64,000 bases of DNA from Octopus vulgaris. Taxonomy: Eukaryota. Both the position numbers and the translations under genes were made by a program. The stretch lies in contig OX597830.1 in NCBI GenBank assembly GCA_951406725.2, forward strand, positions 71,672,001-71,736,000. Direction: 5' to 3'. Below the pieces are notes generated by a model. The model saw only the letters and a list, made by a program, of their open reading frames with translations. It was not told the DNA's origin and did no database searches. This document shows, one piece after another, positions 52,828-64,000 of the stretch (its first letter is position 1; each line of letters opens with the position of its first letter).

Positions 52828-53134
52828 AGATATTTTTAGGCGGCGGGGGGAGTCACGAACGAACATCGATGACATTATTGAAAGTTCTTACGAAACAAAG
52901 AGGAACTTTCTAATGTCACATATTCCAAATTTTTGCAATGATCAATTTCTGGCACGAATAAATTTTTTATGTGTGGATTCCTTACAGAAAAATTTACGAT
53001 TCCAAGCATGAGAAGGAAATACGGATGAAATGAAACCAACAAAGGATTTTAACGGATAAACAGATAGAGAGTAAGAAAAGTTTGCAAGAGTGAGAGTAAG
53101 GGGAAGCGAGTGAGAAAAATATACATATATATAC

Positions 53135-53187
<53 letters not shown>

Positions 53188-53211
53188 TATACATATATAT
53201 ACATATATATG

Positions 53212-53273
<62 letters not shown>

Positions 53274-53352
53274 CTTACATATATATATATATATGTAATA
53301 TATAGAGAGATAAATATATCTATATTACATATATGCATGTTTAATATATTTG

Positions 53353-53397
<45 letters not shown>

Positions 53398-53929
53398 AAT
53401 GTATGTATGTATGTATGTATGTATTTTAATATATTTATCCAGGCAAAACATTGTGGATATCACAAAACAAGAAGTGAGGTCTATATTATAGAAAACAACA
53501 TGGCTTATGCAATATGTTGTGGTGTGTGGTTTAATGTTCTTGGAAAGTCCTAAATTTTTTCTTCGGAAATTACGGAGCCAGGAAATGGTTTTTTTGCATC
53601 GGTTGACTCGAATTATCTAAACGCAAGGTCCATGTTTTCCTTTTTTTTGAGTTAGCCCCTTTTCAAAGTTGCTTGGTTGCTGGCGATTTGTGCAAGACTA
53701 GAGAAATGAAAGAACAAACAATATATGAACATATATAATAAACGAAAGAACGCAAGGACAATATATAATTGAAATATTAACAAAATTAATAAAACGAATC
53801 CAAATAACTAAAATTACAACAACAACAACAACTAAAAGACGAAAAAGAAGACACAAACAAAATATTAGTATAAAAAAACAACAAACAAATATAGGTTTAC
53901 AAACTTTATTACTTTATTTACAAAATAGA

Positions 53930-54090
53930 GCGATGGATGTATCATAACGAGTAGAGCGTGGGACACAATGTTTTGTGCGTCAACTTACGTCTCTTTACGT
54001 TTTGAGTAATCGAAATCCCGCCGAGGTTGACTTTGCCTTTCATCCTTCCGGGGTCGATAAATAAAGTACCAGTCAGGAACTGGGGTCAAT
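53930..54090 (+). mobile_element. SINE family B, degenerate
   Basis: GACTTTGCCTTTCATCCTTCCGGGGTCGATAAATAAAGTACC core. Confidence 0.75.
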
Positions 54091-54314
54091 TATTTTAATA
54101 ATCGGCTATATGTCTTCAAAAAATATATAAGAAATCATTTTATTTATAAATATATTTGAACAATGAATTTTTCTTTTCTGTTTTTCATACTTCTTTTATT
54201 TTAATTATATCTAAGGCTCTTTTATTCGGTGGTTGTTGCTATTGTTGTTGTTGTGAGGAATGTGTCCAATTTGGAGAACACTTGTGACAAGAGAGACGGA
54301 GCTATAGAAAGTGA

Positions 54315-54349
<35 letters not shown>

Positions 54350-54584
54350 TAATATTCGTAGTGTTTCCAATATAGAACTTCCAGAAAGGAAGAAAGAAAA
54401 AAGCGAAACGAAACCAGCCGCTTGACCCTGAAACATCCCCACCTCACAAACATCCTGCTCGAGAGAGGAATAATAATTCATATACAACATAAATTTAGGT
54501 TGTATTGAGAAAAAGAAAAACCCCAGAGTGGCAAGAAAACTTTTTAAAAACGGAACAAAAACGAGGTGTATGTATATATATATA

Positions 54585-54642
<58 letters not shown>

Positions 54643-54664
54643 TATATGTGTATATATGTATGTA

Positions 54665-54709
<45 letters not shown>

Positions 54710-55035
54710 CACATATATATATTTATATATATGCTATTGAAAAACAAACAAACCAAGAGTTGTGTGGAAAGGGGAAATAAAACACATTTATGCCCCATAA
54801 CATAAAACTCGCAAAAAGAAGCTGAAAAGGAAGGGATAAATGAAATATCAGTAAATAAAAGGACAAAATCGGAAAGGAAACCATCACAGAATTACTTAAA
54901 GCATATGGTATGTTATAAATTCATGATCTCCAGAAACAGTTCATCAACCAAAAGAGAAGATTATATATATATATATGTATATATATATATAAAATGTTTC
55001 GTGTATGTCTAAATGGGTGGGTGTGCGTACGTATA

Positions 55036-55068
<33 letters not shown>

Positions 55069-55286
55069 ACATATATGTGTATCTATATACGTGTGTTACG
55101 TATGTAGATATACAGTGTCAGTATGTATTTGCGAGTATGAGAATCATTCATATATATAATAATTTAAATATTACACATTTAGAGAAAATGTCATTATATT
55201 GCCTCTGTATATTATGTCCCATTTTGTTCTTGTCCAGAGTTTCATTGCCTCGATTGTATCGAGTGTGTGTTTGTATGTACGTATGA

Positions 55287-55325
<39 letters not shown>

Positions 55326-55826
55326 CTCAAATAACCGTAATATAATTAAAGAACAACAGCAATGCTGACAATAACATTTAATAAATATATTATTATTGAC
55401 AGAGAGAACTGATGGAAAGAAATTGCAGTTCGAAAACGAAAATTTAATAAAAAGAAAATATTAAAAATTGCAAATTTAAAAAAAAAAAAAGCGACAAAAA
55501 CAATACAAAAATATTGAGATTCATGTTTTCTCATTGTGTAAAAAGAAAAGAAAATTAAAATATGGAGAAAAGAAAACAAAAAAGACATAAATGTAATATA
55601 AAAAGAATTCATTGAAAATATTATCAACAAAAATCATGAATCTTCATCAAAAAAGAGATTTTAGAGTAAATAATATTATTTCGGGTGTTGTTTCCGTTTA
55701 AATAAATATTCATGTAGCACTCACACATTCATTCATTTATCATTCTTGAAAGACATTATTATTATTATTATTATTATTAAAATTTTCATCAATGTTTATT
55801 TTGAAAATGACAAAATATTACATATA

Positions 55827-55867
<41 letters not shown>

Positions 55868-55877
55868 CATATATAGC

Positions 55878-55962
<85 letters not shown>

Positions 55963-56189
55963 TAAACACATAAGTTATGTGTGTAAAAGAATAGAGACAA
56001 ATGTTTAATTATGAAAAAAAAAAACAAATGTGCGTATACATTTAAGTTTATACATTCATGTTTTTACATATATATGTCTGTGTATGTAGACATGTATGTG
56101 TGTCATTGTGTGTGTGTGGATATATAAATATACATATATATAATTTTTGTCTAGAAATGTTATATGTAAATGATATTTATACGTTACAT

Positions 56190-56222
<33 letters not shown>

Positions 56223-56964
56223 ATATATGTCATTATATGTATATATTGTAGTACGTGAGTGTCAATGCGTGTGGCTTTATGAGAAAGAGGGTGTGTGCGT
56301 GTGTGTGTGTGTCGATGTGAGTGTTCTGTGTGTGTCAGAGAAAAATGAAAGAAAGACGAAAGACACTCATCTTAATAGCTGCTTGGCAGAAAATTGGGAA
56401 AAAGAACTTTCCTATATATTCCTAGTTAAGTCCTTTACTTTTCTTCTTTGGATTTCTCATACAAAAAACTTTTGTTCTTTCCAAATTACAAACGCTCGCT
56501 AGAATAGCACACACACACGCAGACACACACCTTCATATTACGAAAAAGTGCGTGAATGATGAAAATGATATCGAAAATAAAATAGTTTTGTGTGACTGGC
56601 AGAAACAATTTCGAGTGAGTGAATGAGAAAGAGTAAAGAAAATATGAACTAAGAGGTAAACACAAAAATTCTATGTATAAGAAGAAATACTCACGTTATG
56701 TCTCATCTTTAAATTTTATCTATATTATCATTATATACACACAAACGTACACACCCTACACACGCGTACACACATAGACACGAATATGGAGATATATATA
56801 CATATATATCATATATAAAACGTACGTATTTCTGTGTGTTTTTGTGTGTATATATATATCGATATGCATATGCGTTTGGACATGTACAAATATAAATCTA
56901 CATATTTGTCTATATACATTTATACACATAAGATACGTGTACATACATGAATATATATATATAT

Positions 56965-57003
<39 letters not shown>

Positions 57004-57024
57004 TACATATATACACACACACAT

Positions 57025-57056
<32 letters not shown>

Positions 57057-57406
57057 TACATATATGTATGCACGTCAATCTCTTTATCAACATATTTATT
57101 GACACAGTTCATTTCTTAATGTAAAGCTTTTTTTTTCCTTCTGAGAACATTTTAAATACTACTTTGGTATTTGCGTAATTATTTTTGTTATTATCATCAT
57201 CATCATTAAAATCTCCAACAGATCTCCAAAATCTCTGCCACATAAGAAACCCACTTCGCAACACAAGTAGATATACAAATAGTTTATATTTTTAGGACGT
57301 TAATAACGCAGGTATTATTAATATAGTTCCGTTTATATGCATATCTAAATAATTGTTTTTGTATGTATATAAATATATGTATATATATATTCATGGGTAT
57401 GCGCAT

Positions 57407-57445
<39 letters not shown>

Positions 57446-57531
57446 TTATATATATGTATATATTTATATATGTGTATGCATATAAACATATGTATTTTAA
57501 TTTATGTATGTAAATATATTTATGATTTTAC

Positions 57532-57562
<31 letters not shown>

Positions 57563-57696
57563 TGTATATATATATTATATTTGTATATGTATGTATATGT
57601 ATACTATGAATGTTTGTATGTATGTATGTATGTATATATATATATATATATATATATTATATTTGTATATGTATGTAAATGTATACTATGAATGTT

Positions 57697-57736
<40 letters not shown>

Positions 57737-57770
57737 TTGTATATGTATGTATATGTATACTATGAATGTT

Positions 57771-57819
<49 letters not shown>

Positions 57820-59099
57820 TTGATTGTGTTGTATTTTGATAGGAATTACACTATACAAGGAAATAGAAAATAATAGACAACTATGTTATACCAGATATAT
57901 AAGAGGGGTAATGTGGTGTGATTGTTTATTTGCATATGTAAATATAATGACACTAAGATGGAACTCTTACACTCATAATTACAAGGTTCACGATAGTAAT
58001 TTTTAATCTATATAAATATAAATATATATATAATGAATCTCATTTTTCTGACTATGTATATTCAGCTGCCATATTACCTTCAATACCTGGTTTATCAGAT
58101 ATGCGTAAGAGGTTTTTTTGAGTATCTTATAGGTGCGTGTACCTTTAATTCTTGGGTGTGGTAAGGCTGGATTCATCGGGTATGCATTCCACTCGATGGT
58201 TTCATTCACAAAGCACTGGTTTATTCGAGGCTACGGAAAATGAGTCGTTTAAGATGCACCGCCGCGGAATAGGAACCAGGAACTCATGATTGCAAGTTCA
58301 AACTTCGCAAACACCTATGAAATATAAAGTTAGATACTGTGGTTGTGTTTTACAATCTAATATAGAAAAAATATAAAGTAGCATTGAGTGTTTTAGACTC
58401 GAGTAATCCTTGTGTCGACCAAACTATCATATGCTGTCATACACCGCTTGTCATAATGCGCTTACTTGTAGCGTTGTGGGCTTCAAATAATTCCACACCG
58501 CTGGCAAGGTTAGCAGCGCAACGTTACTCTGCAGTCGAAATCCTGGTCTTGCAACCATGAGTTCAGCGCCTTAAGCAGCAAGGACATCATCTCTACACTC
58601 TAATGTAATAATAGATATAATATTATGAAGATAAAATCAAATCGTCATAATTACTGTTATATGTAATATTGTAATAATTATGGTGAAAATTTTATAATGA
58701 ATACAAATATTACTAATAAAACTACACATGCTAGTAACAAATAGTATTTTAACCATTGTGTAACTAATTGCATCTAACATGTAAAAATGCCACAGAAATA
58801 AGAATTATTTGTGCTAAGAGACATAAAAGATGGACAGGAACAGATGCACGTATATATATGTACATACATACATGTATATGTACATACATACATACATACA
58901 TATATATATATATACACACACACACACATACATATATATATATATTTATACACATACATATATATATATATATTTATACACATACATATATATATATATA
59001 TATTTATACACATACATATATATATATATATTTATACATATACACATATATATATATATATGTATATATATACATATACATATATATACACGCACACAG

Positions 59100-59350
59100 A
59101 GAAGTAAGCACATAAATGCAAATCAAGGTGGAGAAAAATAGTACTTGAATTCCAGAAGTAGCGTAATATGCTTTTATTAAAATAGTAAAAATTTCACGAA
59201 ACTGTTACTCAGTTTCACGTTCCCGTTCGTTCCCGTTCGTCGGACAATTCTGATGAGTACAGTGGTATTCATCACAGCTTTCCGACGAACGGGAACATGA
59301 AATTCTGTGTAAGAGTTTCGTGAAAATTTTGCAGTTTTAATAGAAGCATA
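59100..59350. mobile_element. (TA)n-embedded fold-back element with hammerhead-like cores
   Basis: TTTCACGAAACTGTTACTCAGTTTCACGTTCCCGTTCG..TCGGA pairs with TCCGACGAACGGGAACATGAAATTCTGTGTAAGAGTTTCGTGAAA. Confidence 0.75.
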
Positions 59351-59749
59351 TATGTATACATATGTATGAATATATGCATTAATATATATATATATATATA
59401 TGTATGTATATGTCAATGGTCATCTTCGAACCCGAAGGACGAACATTACATTATATGTATGTATGTATATATATAGGCATTCGTATTTATTCATACACAC
59501 ACACACACATATATAGAAAGGAAAGGAGATATATACACACCCACATACATATGTCTATGTATATTGCTATGTGCCACATCAAATCTTGCGATGATGATAA
59601 TGACTAATAATAATAATAATATCATTATTATTGCAAATATTAATTTTACTCATTATGGTATTTAAAATACGTCGGCTGTCGTAGATCTCTTTGTTGTTTT
59701 GATCACGAATGCTCAAGCGATTATCAAGATATATATACATATACACATA

Positions 59750-59808
<59 letters not shown>

Positions 59809-60470
59809 GTGATGATCGTTACGTCCATTATTTTGACCAATTCTGTTTCATAGCAGAATCGTTACCAAATCATTATTTGTCTCCAGTTCTATGTATTGAG
59901 TAAAAAAAAAAAAAAAAAAAAAACTATGGGGAAAAACAACTTAATTGTGTCTTGTTGTTATTTTCTGTTTTTTTTTTTCAACATCTAAAAGAGAAATTAT
60001 TTCCTCTTGTTTTATTAGCAAAACACCTGTACAAGTTTCGGTTAATCGATAAACGATCGAAAAATACCGAGAATTGTTCCTTTGCAGCTCTTTTTAATTT
60101 TATGATTGATGAATAACAAGCATAACAGTATAGTTTTTCACGAGAAGAAAACGAAATATATGTCGCTTGTTTTATACTGATTTTTATAATTTTTATGATT
60201 ATTAAATATTCTTTTATGCATTTCAGCCCAAAGATTGTGGCCATCCTGGGGCATCGTCAGTAATCATCACATTTTCAATGAGAGAATTTGATAATGTATA
60301 TTATCTATATACTTTTAAAACTTGTACTTATTTCAGTCATTGGACTGTGGCCATACTATGGTAATACCTTCAGATGATTCAATCGTACAAATCGATCATA
60401 GCTCTTATGTTTTACCTTTTAAGTCTCATAATACAAATTTATGGAAGCGTAAATAAACCAACACCGATTA

Positions 60471-62613
60471 CGCTGGTTTACAAAAAAAATGTGTTGCTCT
60501 GAAGCAAGGATGTAAATAGATGTTTTTATTTTACTAATTTTCGTAACGGTTTTGCACTATCACCTCTAGTTGTTTTAATTTCACATATCCCATCTTAATT
60601 ATATTGCATATGAATTCAAAATATAATGTGTTTATTTCATCTGTTACAAACGCATATTACAGAAAAACGAAACAACATAGATACAGAACATTGATGGAAC
60701 TAAATTACTTGGATAATACAATACATACAAATCATAGTACAGCAGAAATGAGTTTTCTGGACGATCTTGTTTACTTTGCCTCTGGGATGACATGTGAGAG
60801 CATCCAGCAGAAGCACCCCATCATAATGGGGTTCCACTTTCTTTGATAGTTGCTCTCCATCTTAGTAATAATTTGGTAGAACCTTTCTCTATGCTCATCA
60901 CTCACTGCTCCAAGATTTGGAGGGAAGTATTTGAGGTGGGAGTGCAGAAAGTGAATTTTGATTGACATTCGGCATTTCATATCCTCATAAGACTGTAACA
61001 ACGTCTCGGTACGCTCTTTGTAATCTGGTACCCGTGTGTTACCAAGGTAATCCATGGCAGTTTGACTTAAATGCTTCCCATGCTCTCAATTCCGTTAAGG
61101 TAAGATGCTCCTCAAAGTCCTCATCCTTCAGCATCCCTGATGTTCGGCGAAGATACCATCTTGAGCTTAGCAGAACTCCGCGTTGGGAACAGATTACACA
61201 AGTGTTGGAAGGTGGCACCACTATTGTCCATGGTCTTCGCAAAATTCTTCATTAAACCAAGCTTGATATGAAGAAGAAGAAGAAGAATTATCTTGTTCAT
61301 GTCCGCCAGAGGATCTTCTCGGACGCTGTGTTCACCAGGCACGAAAGTGCTCCTAGATCTCTAGTCCTTCTTCTTGTAGTACTTGGACACAACCCGACTG
61401 TCCCAGAGATAGAAAAAGCAACAGTACTTTGTGAAACCCGCATGCATACTCACAAGGATCCCAGTGACCTTGAGGTCCCCGTAGAGACTCCACTGGTACT
61501 GGTTGTACTTCACAGCTTCCAAAAGGGGTCCCATATTGTCATACGACTTCTTCAGATGGACTGGGTATTTATTCCCATTGTGCTGGTACACAGATTTCTG
61601 GCTTCGATTGGAAGAGTCTATGGAAAGACGCCAGTCTGAGGGACTGTGTGGAAAACTAAGACGGGTGAATATGCCAGAGATATTTGTGCAGTAGAACAAC
61701 CTGTTTTCCATGTCGAGGAATGAAGCAAAGTCTTGGTTCTGTGTTCTGAAACTGATGATCCTTACATCTGCATTGACCAAGTTCCACTACTTAAGCCGGC
61801 ATGCCAGAAGCTCTGACTGCTGCTTAGACTGACACAAACCACGGACAAGGTCATTCGGATCATCCTGCATGTTCCAGGGTGGGTCATTGCCACTTGCTCC
61901 TGAATAAACTGTAAGATTGTCTTCAGAAGAGATCGAATTGACAGAATCTTCCCCTGAAGGCATTTCTTCATCTGATGAATGATCCTTATTTACTGGGGAT
62001 CTATGGACAGGGAGATCATCTGAACAGGTCTCATAGCTGAGGAAAGGTTGGAATATTTGATCTTTTTTTCTAGAAGAAGCGTTGAAAGCTGTTATATCAG
62101 ACAAAATTAACAATCGTCTGCATGGCTCCGTGGATCTCTCCAGACCATCGGGACAGCAAAGTTGAAGGCTACTTTCTTTCCGTTAAACCGTGCAGTTCCT
62201 CCATTTTAATAGGGTTTACAACAGATGTGTAGGGCCCAAGATTTGACCCGATCTCCAATTTTACAGTCAAAATAATGAAAATAAGCAGTTCTCACGGGGG
62301 AAGTAATTGTTTGGCGCTGTGCAACTGTCGTAAAATCCCTACACACGTAGCATAATGAATTTGCCTTCTTGATTTATCCTCGGTGTTTTGAAGTGCCTGA
62401 AGCCATTGTAGAGATATGTATCATGTATCACAATACAATATAAAAATTGATTATATAAATATGGTCACTTGACTTGTCGCAAAATCATAATGATGTATAT
62501 GTCAAAAATTAGAGGTGATAAGTGAAAACTGGTTTTGTATCTGAAATCAGCACTCCAAAATTAGGCTTGAACAAATATTTTGATGTTTGCCTCAATTTCT
62601 ATATAAGCCAGTG
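60471..62613 (-). mobile_element. full-length decayed Chapaev3-like (CMC) DNA transposon
   Basis: Termini TTA|CGCTGGTTTACA and reverse complement TTA|CACTGGCTTATA. Fragmented minus-strand transposase includes WRLSIDSS, GDLKV, TKYCCFFYLWDSR, LHIKLGLMKNF and KIHFLHSHL..FPPNLGAVSDEHRERFYQ. Confidence 0.8.
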
Positions 62614-62669
62614 TAATCAATCACTGACATGATGTTTGTAACAAACGCAGATACAAAGAAACACACACA

Positions 62670-62704
<35 letters not shown>

Positions 62705-62771
62705 CTTATTCATTTTATTTTATCTAGTCTCAGCTCACGAGCTGTGGCCATGCTGGGGCACCACCATATAT

Positions 62772-62806
<35 letters not shown>

Positions 62807-63013
62807 AATTAGAAAAAAAAACACAATTTATCAATTCAAAATGAACTATTAAGTTACACCATCTAGAAAATTACATATAATAGAAATATTAAAATTAAAA
62901 TAACAATAATATACCGATGATTAAGTAAATTGCAAAATAATAAGGTATATATTTGGTAGAATAACGACACGTTATGTCTTGGCTTTATTTATAATGATAT
63001 ATATATATAAATA

Positions 63014-63057
<44 letters not shown>

Positions 63058-63596
63058 TATAGTAATAATGAAAACGTTTGGATGGAAATTCATTAATCTT
63101 TGACTGCATTGCTACGTACGTTTCCACAAATAACGTGTTTGTTGCGGCAATCCCCATCCATAGGATATTACAAATATGATTTGTAGTATCCTATGTGTTT
63201 GTGTGAGTGTGTGTGTGTGTACGATTGGTTTTCCACACATTCCGTCTACAAATTCACTCACAAGCATTGGCCTGTCCGGGGATATAAAGAAGACACTTAC
63301 AGTGGGACTGAAACTGAAACCGCATGATTGCAATACAAGCTTCTTAACCATACAGTCAAACCTATATCTAAAGCATATTTAAATCGGAAATCGTTACTAA
63401 TACATCTTTTGTAATGCGTATCATTTGTTTTTAGAGATTTAAAAAAATAGTTACTGATGCTTTATATGGAATAGAAAATTCTATGAAATTCTTCCTTTAA
63501 TAAACTGACTTACTGTAGTTTATTGAAAGATAGTCAATATATAACTTGAATGTAAACGTCCGTAGAGATACTTTTTTGTAACTATTTTTTAAGCAT

Positions 63597-63980
63597 AGGA
63601 AGCACTCCGTCGGTTACGACGACGAGGGTTCCGGTTGATCCAATCAACGTAACAGCCTGCTCGTGAAATTAACGTGTAAGTGGCTGAGCACTCCACAGAC
63701 ACGTGTACCCTTAACGTAGTTCTCGGGGGTATTCAGCGTGACACAAAGAGTGACAAGGCCGGCCCTTTAAAATACAGGTACAACAGAAACAGGAAGTAAG
63801 AGTAAGAGAAAGTTGTGATGAAAGAGTACAGCAGGGATCACCACCACTCCCTGCCGGAGCCTCGTGGAGCTTTAGGTGTTTTCGCTCAATAAACACTCAC
63901 AATGCCCGGTCTGTGAATCGAAACCGCGATCCTACGACCACGAGTCCGCTGCCCTAACCACTGAGCCATTGCGCCTCCAC
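63597..63980 (-). mobile_element. SINE family C (tail type 2), full length, 12-bp TSD
   Basis: Head GTGGAGGCGCAATGGCTCAGTGGTTAGGGCAGCGG with B box GGTTTCGATTC; TTTTTTAAGCAT at 63585-63596 and 63981-63992. Confidence 0.9.
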
Positions 63981-64000
63981 TTTTTTAAGCATGCAAATGA

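Noticed and set aside
52957-52962. AATAAA as the Post2 polyadenylation signal
   Set aside because: One of many AATAAA hexamers downstream; it cannot be selected without transcript data.
59249-59272. CTGATGAGTAC...GTATTCATCA as a separate hammerhead
   Set aside because: No GAAA follows the stem; it is simply the centre of the larger inverted repeat.

Overview
AT-rich, microsatellite-saturated animal DNA. The repeat content and homeobox sequence point to a coleoid cephalopod, most likely an octopus (inference). The only credible host coding sequence is the terminal homeobox exon of a lophotrochozoan posterior Hox gene, Post2 (+, 52586-52827, phase-1 acceptor). No upstream exon is evident, so much of the window may be one very large intron. 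The rest is transposon-derived: several tRNA-derived SINE families with swapped heads and tails, a Tx1/L1-like LINE 3' end sitting in (TATC)n, an R4/Dong-like 3' end in (TAA)n, two non-autonomous Helitrons, mariner relics, a full-length decayed Chapaev3-like DNA transposon and a MITE carrying (CCCTAA)n. The most unusual signal is a set of at least six short element families with no obvious sequence similarity to each other. They mostly sit inside (TA)n/(TAA)n tracts, are often arranged as fold-back inverted repeats, and each carries a minimal type I hammerhead-ribozyme-like core (CUGANGA-stem II-GAAA-stem III-UH), including compensated U3-A8 variants. One is attached to a Penelope-type GIY-YIG remnant and has a tRNA-like Pol III head. 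Almost all entries in the ORF track are microsatellite or SINE artefacts. Everything was read by eye; family names are from recall and need database confirmation.
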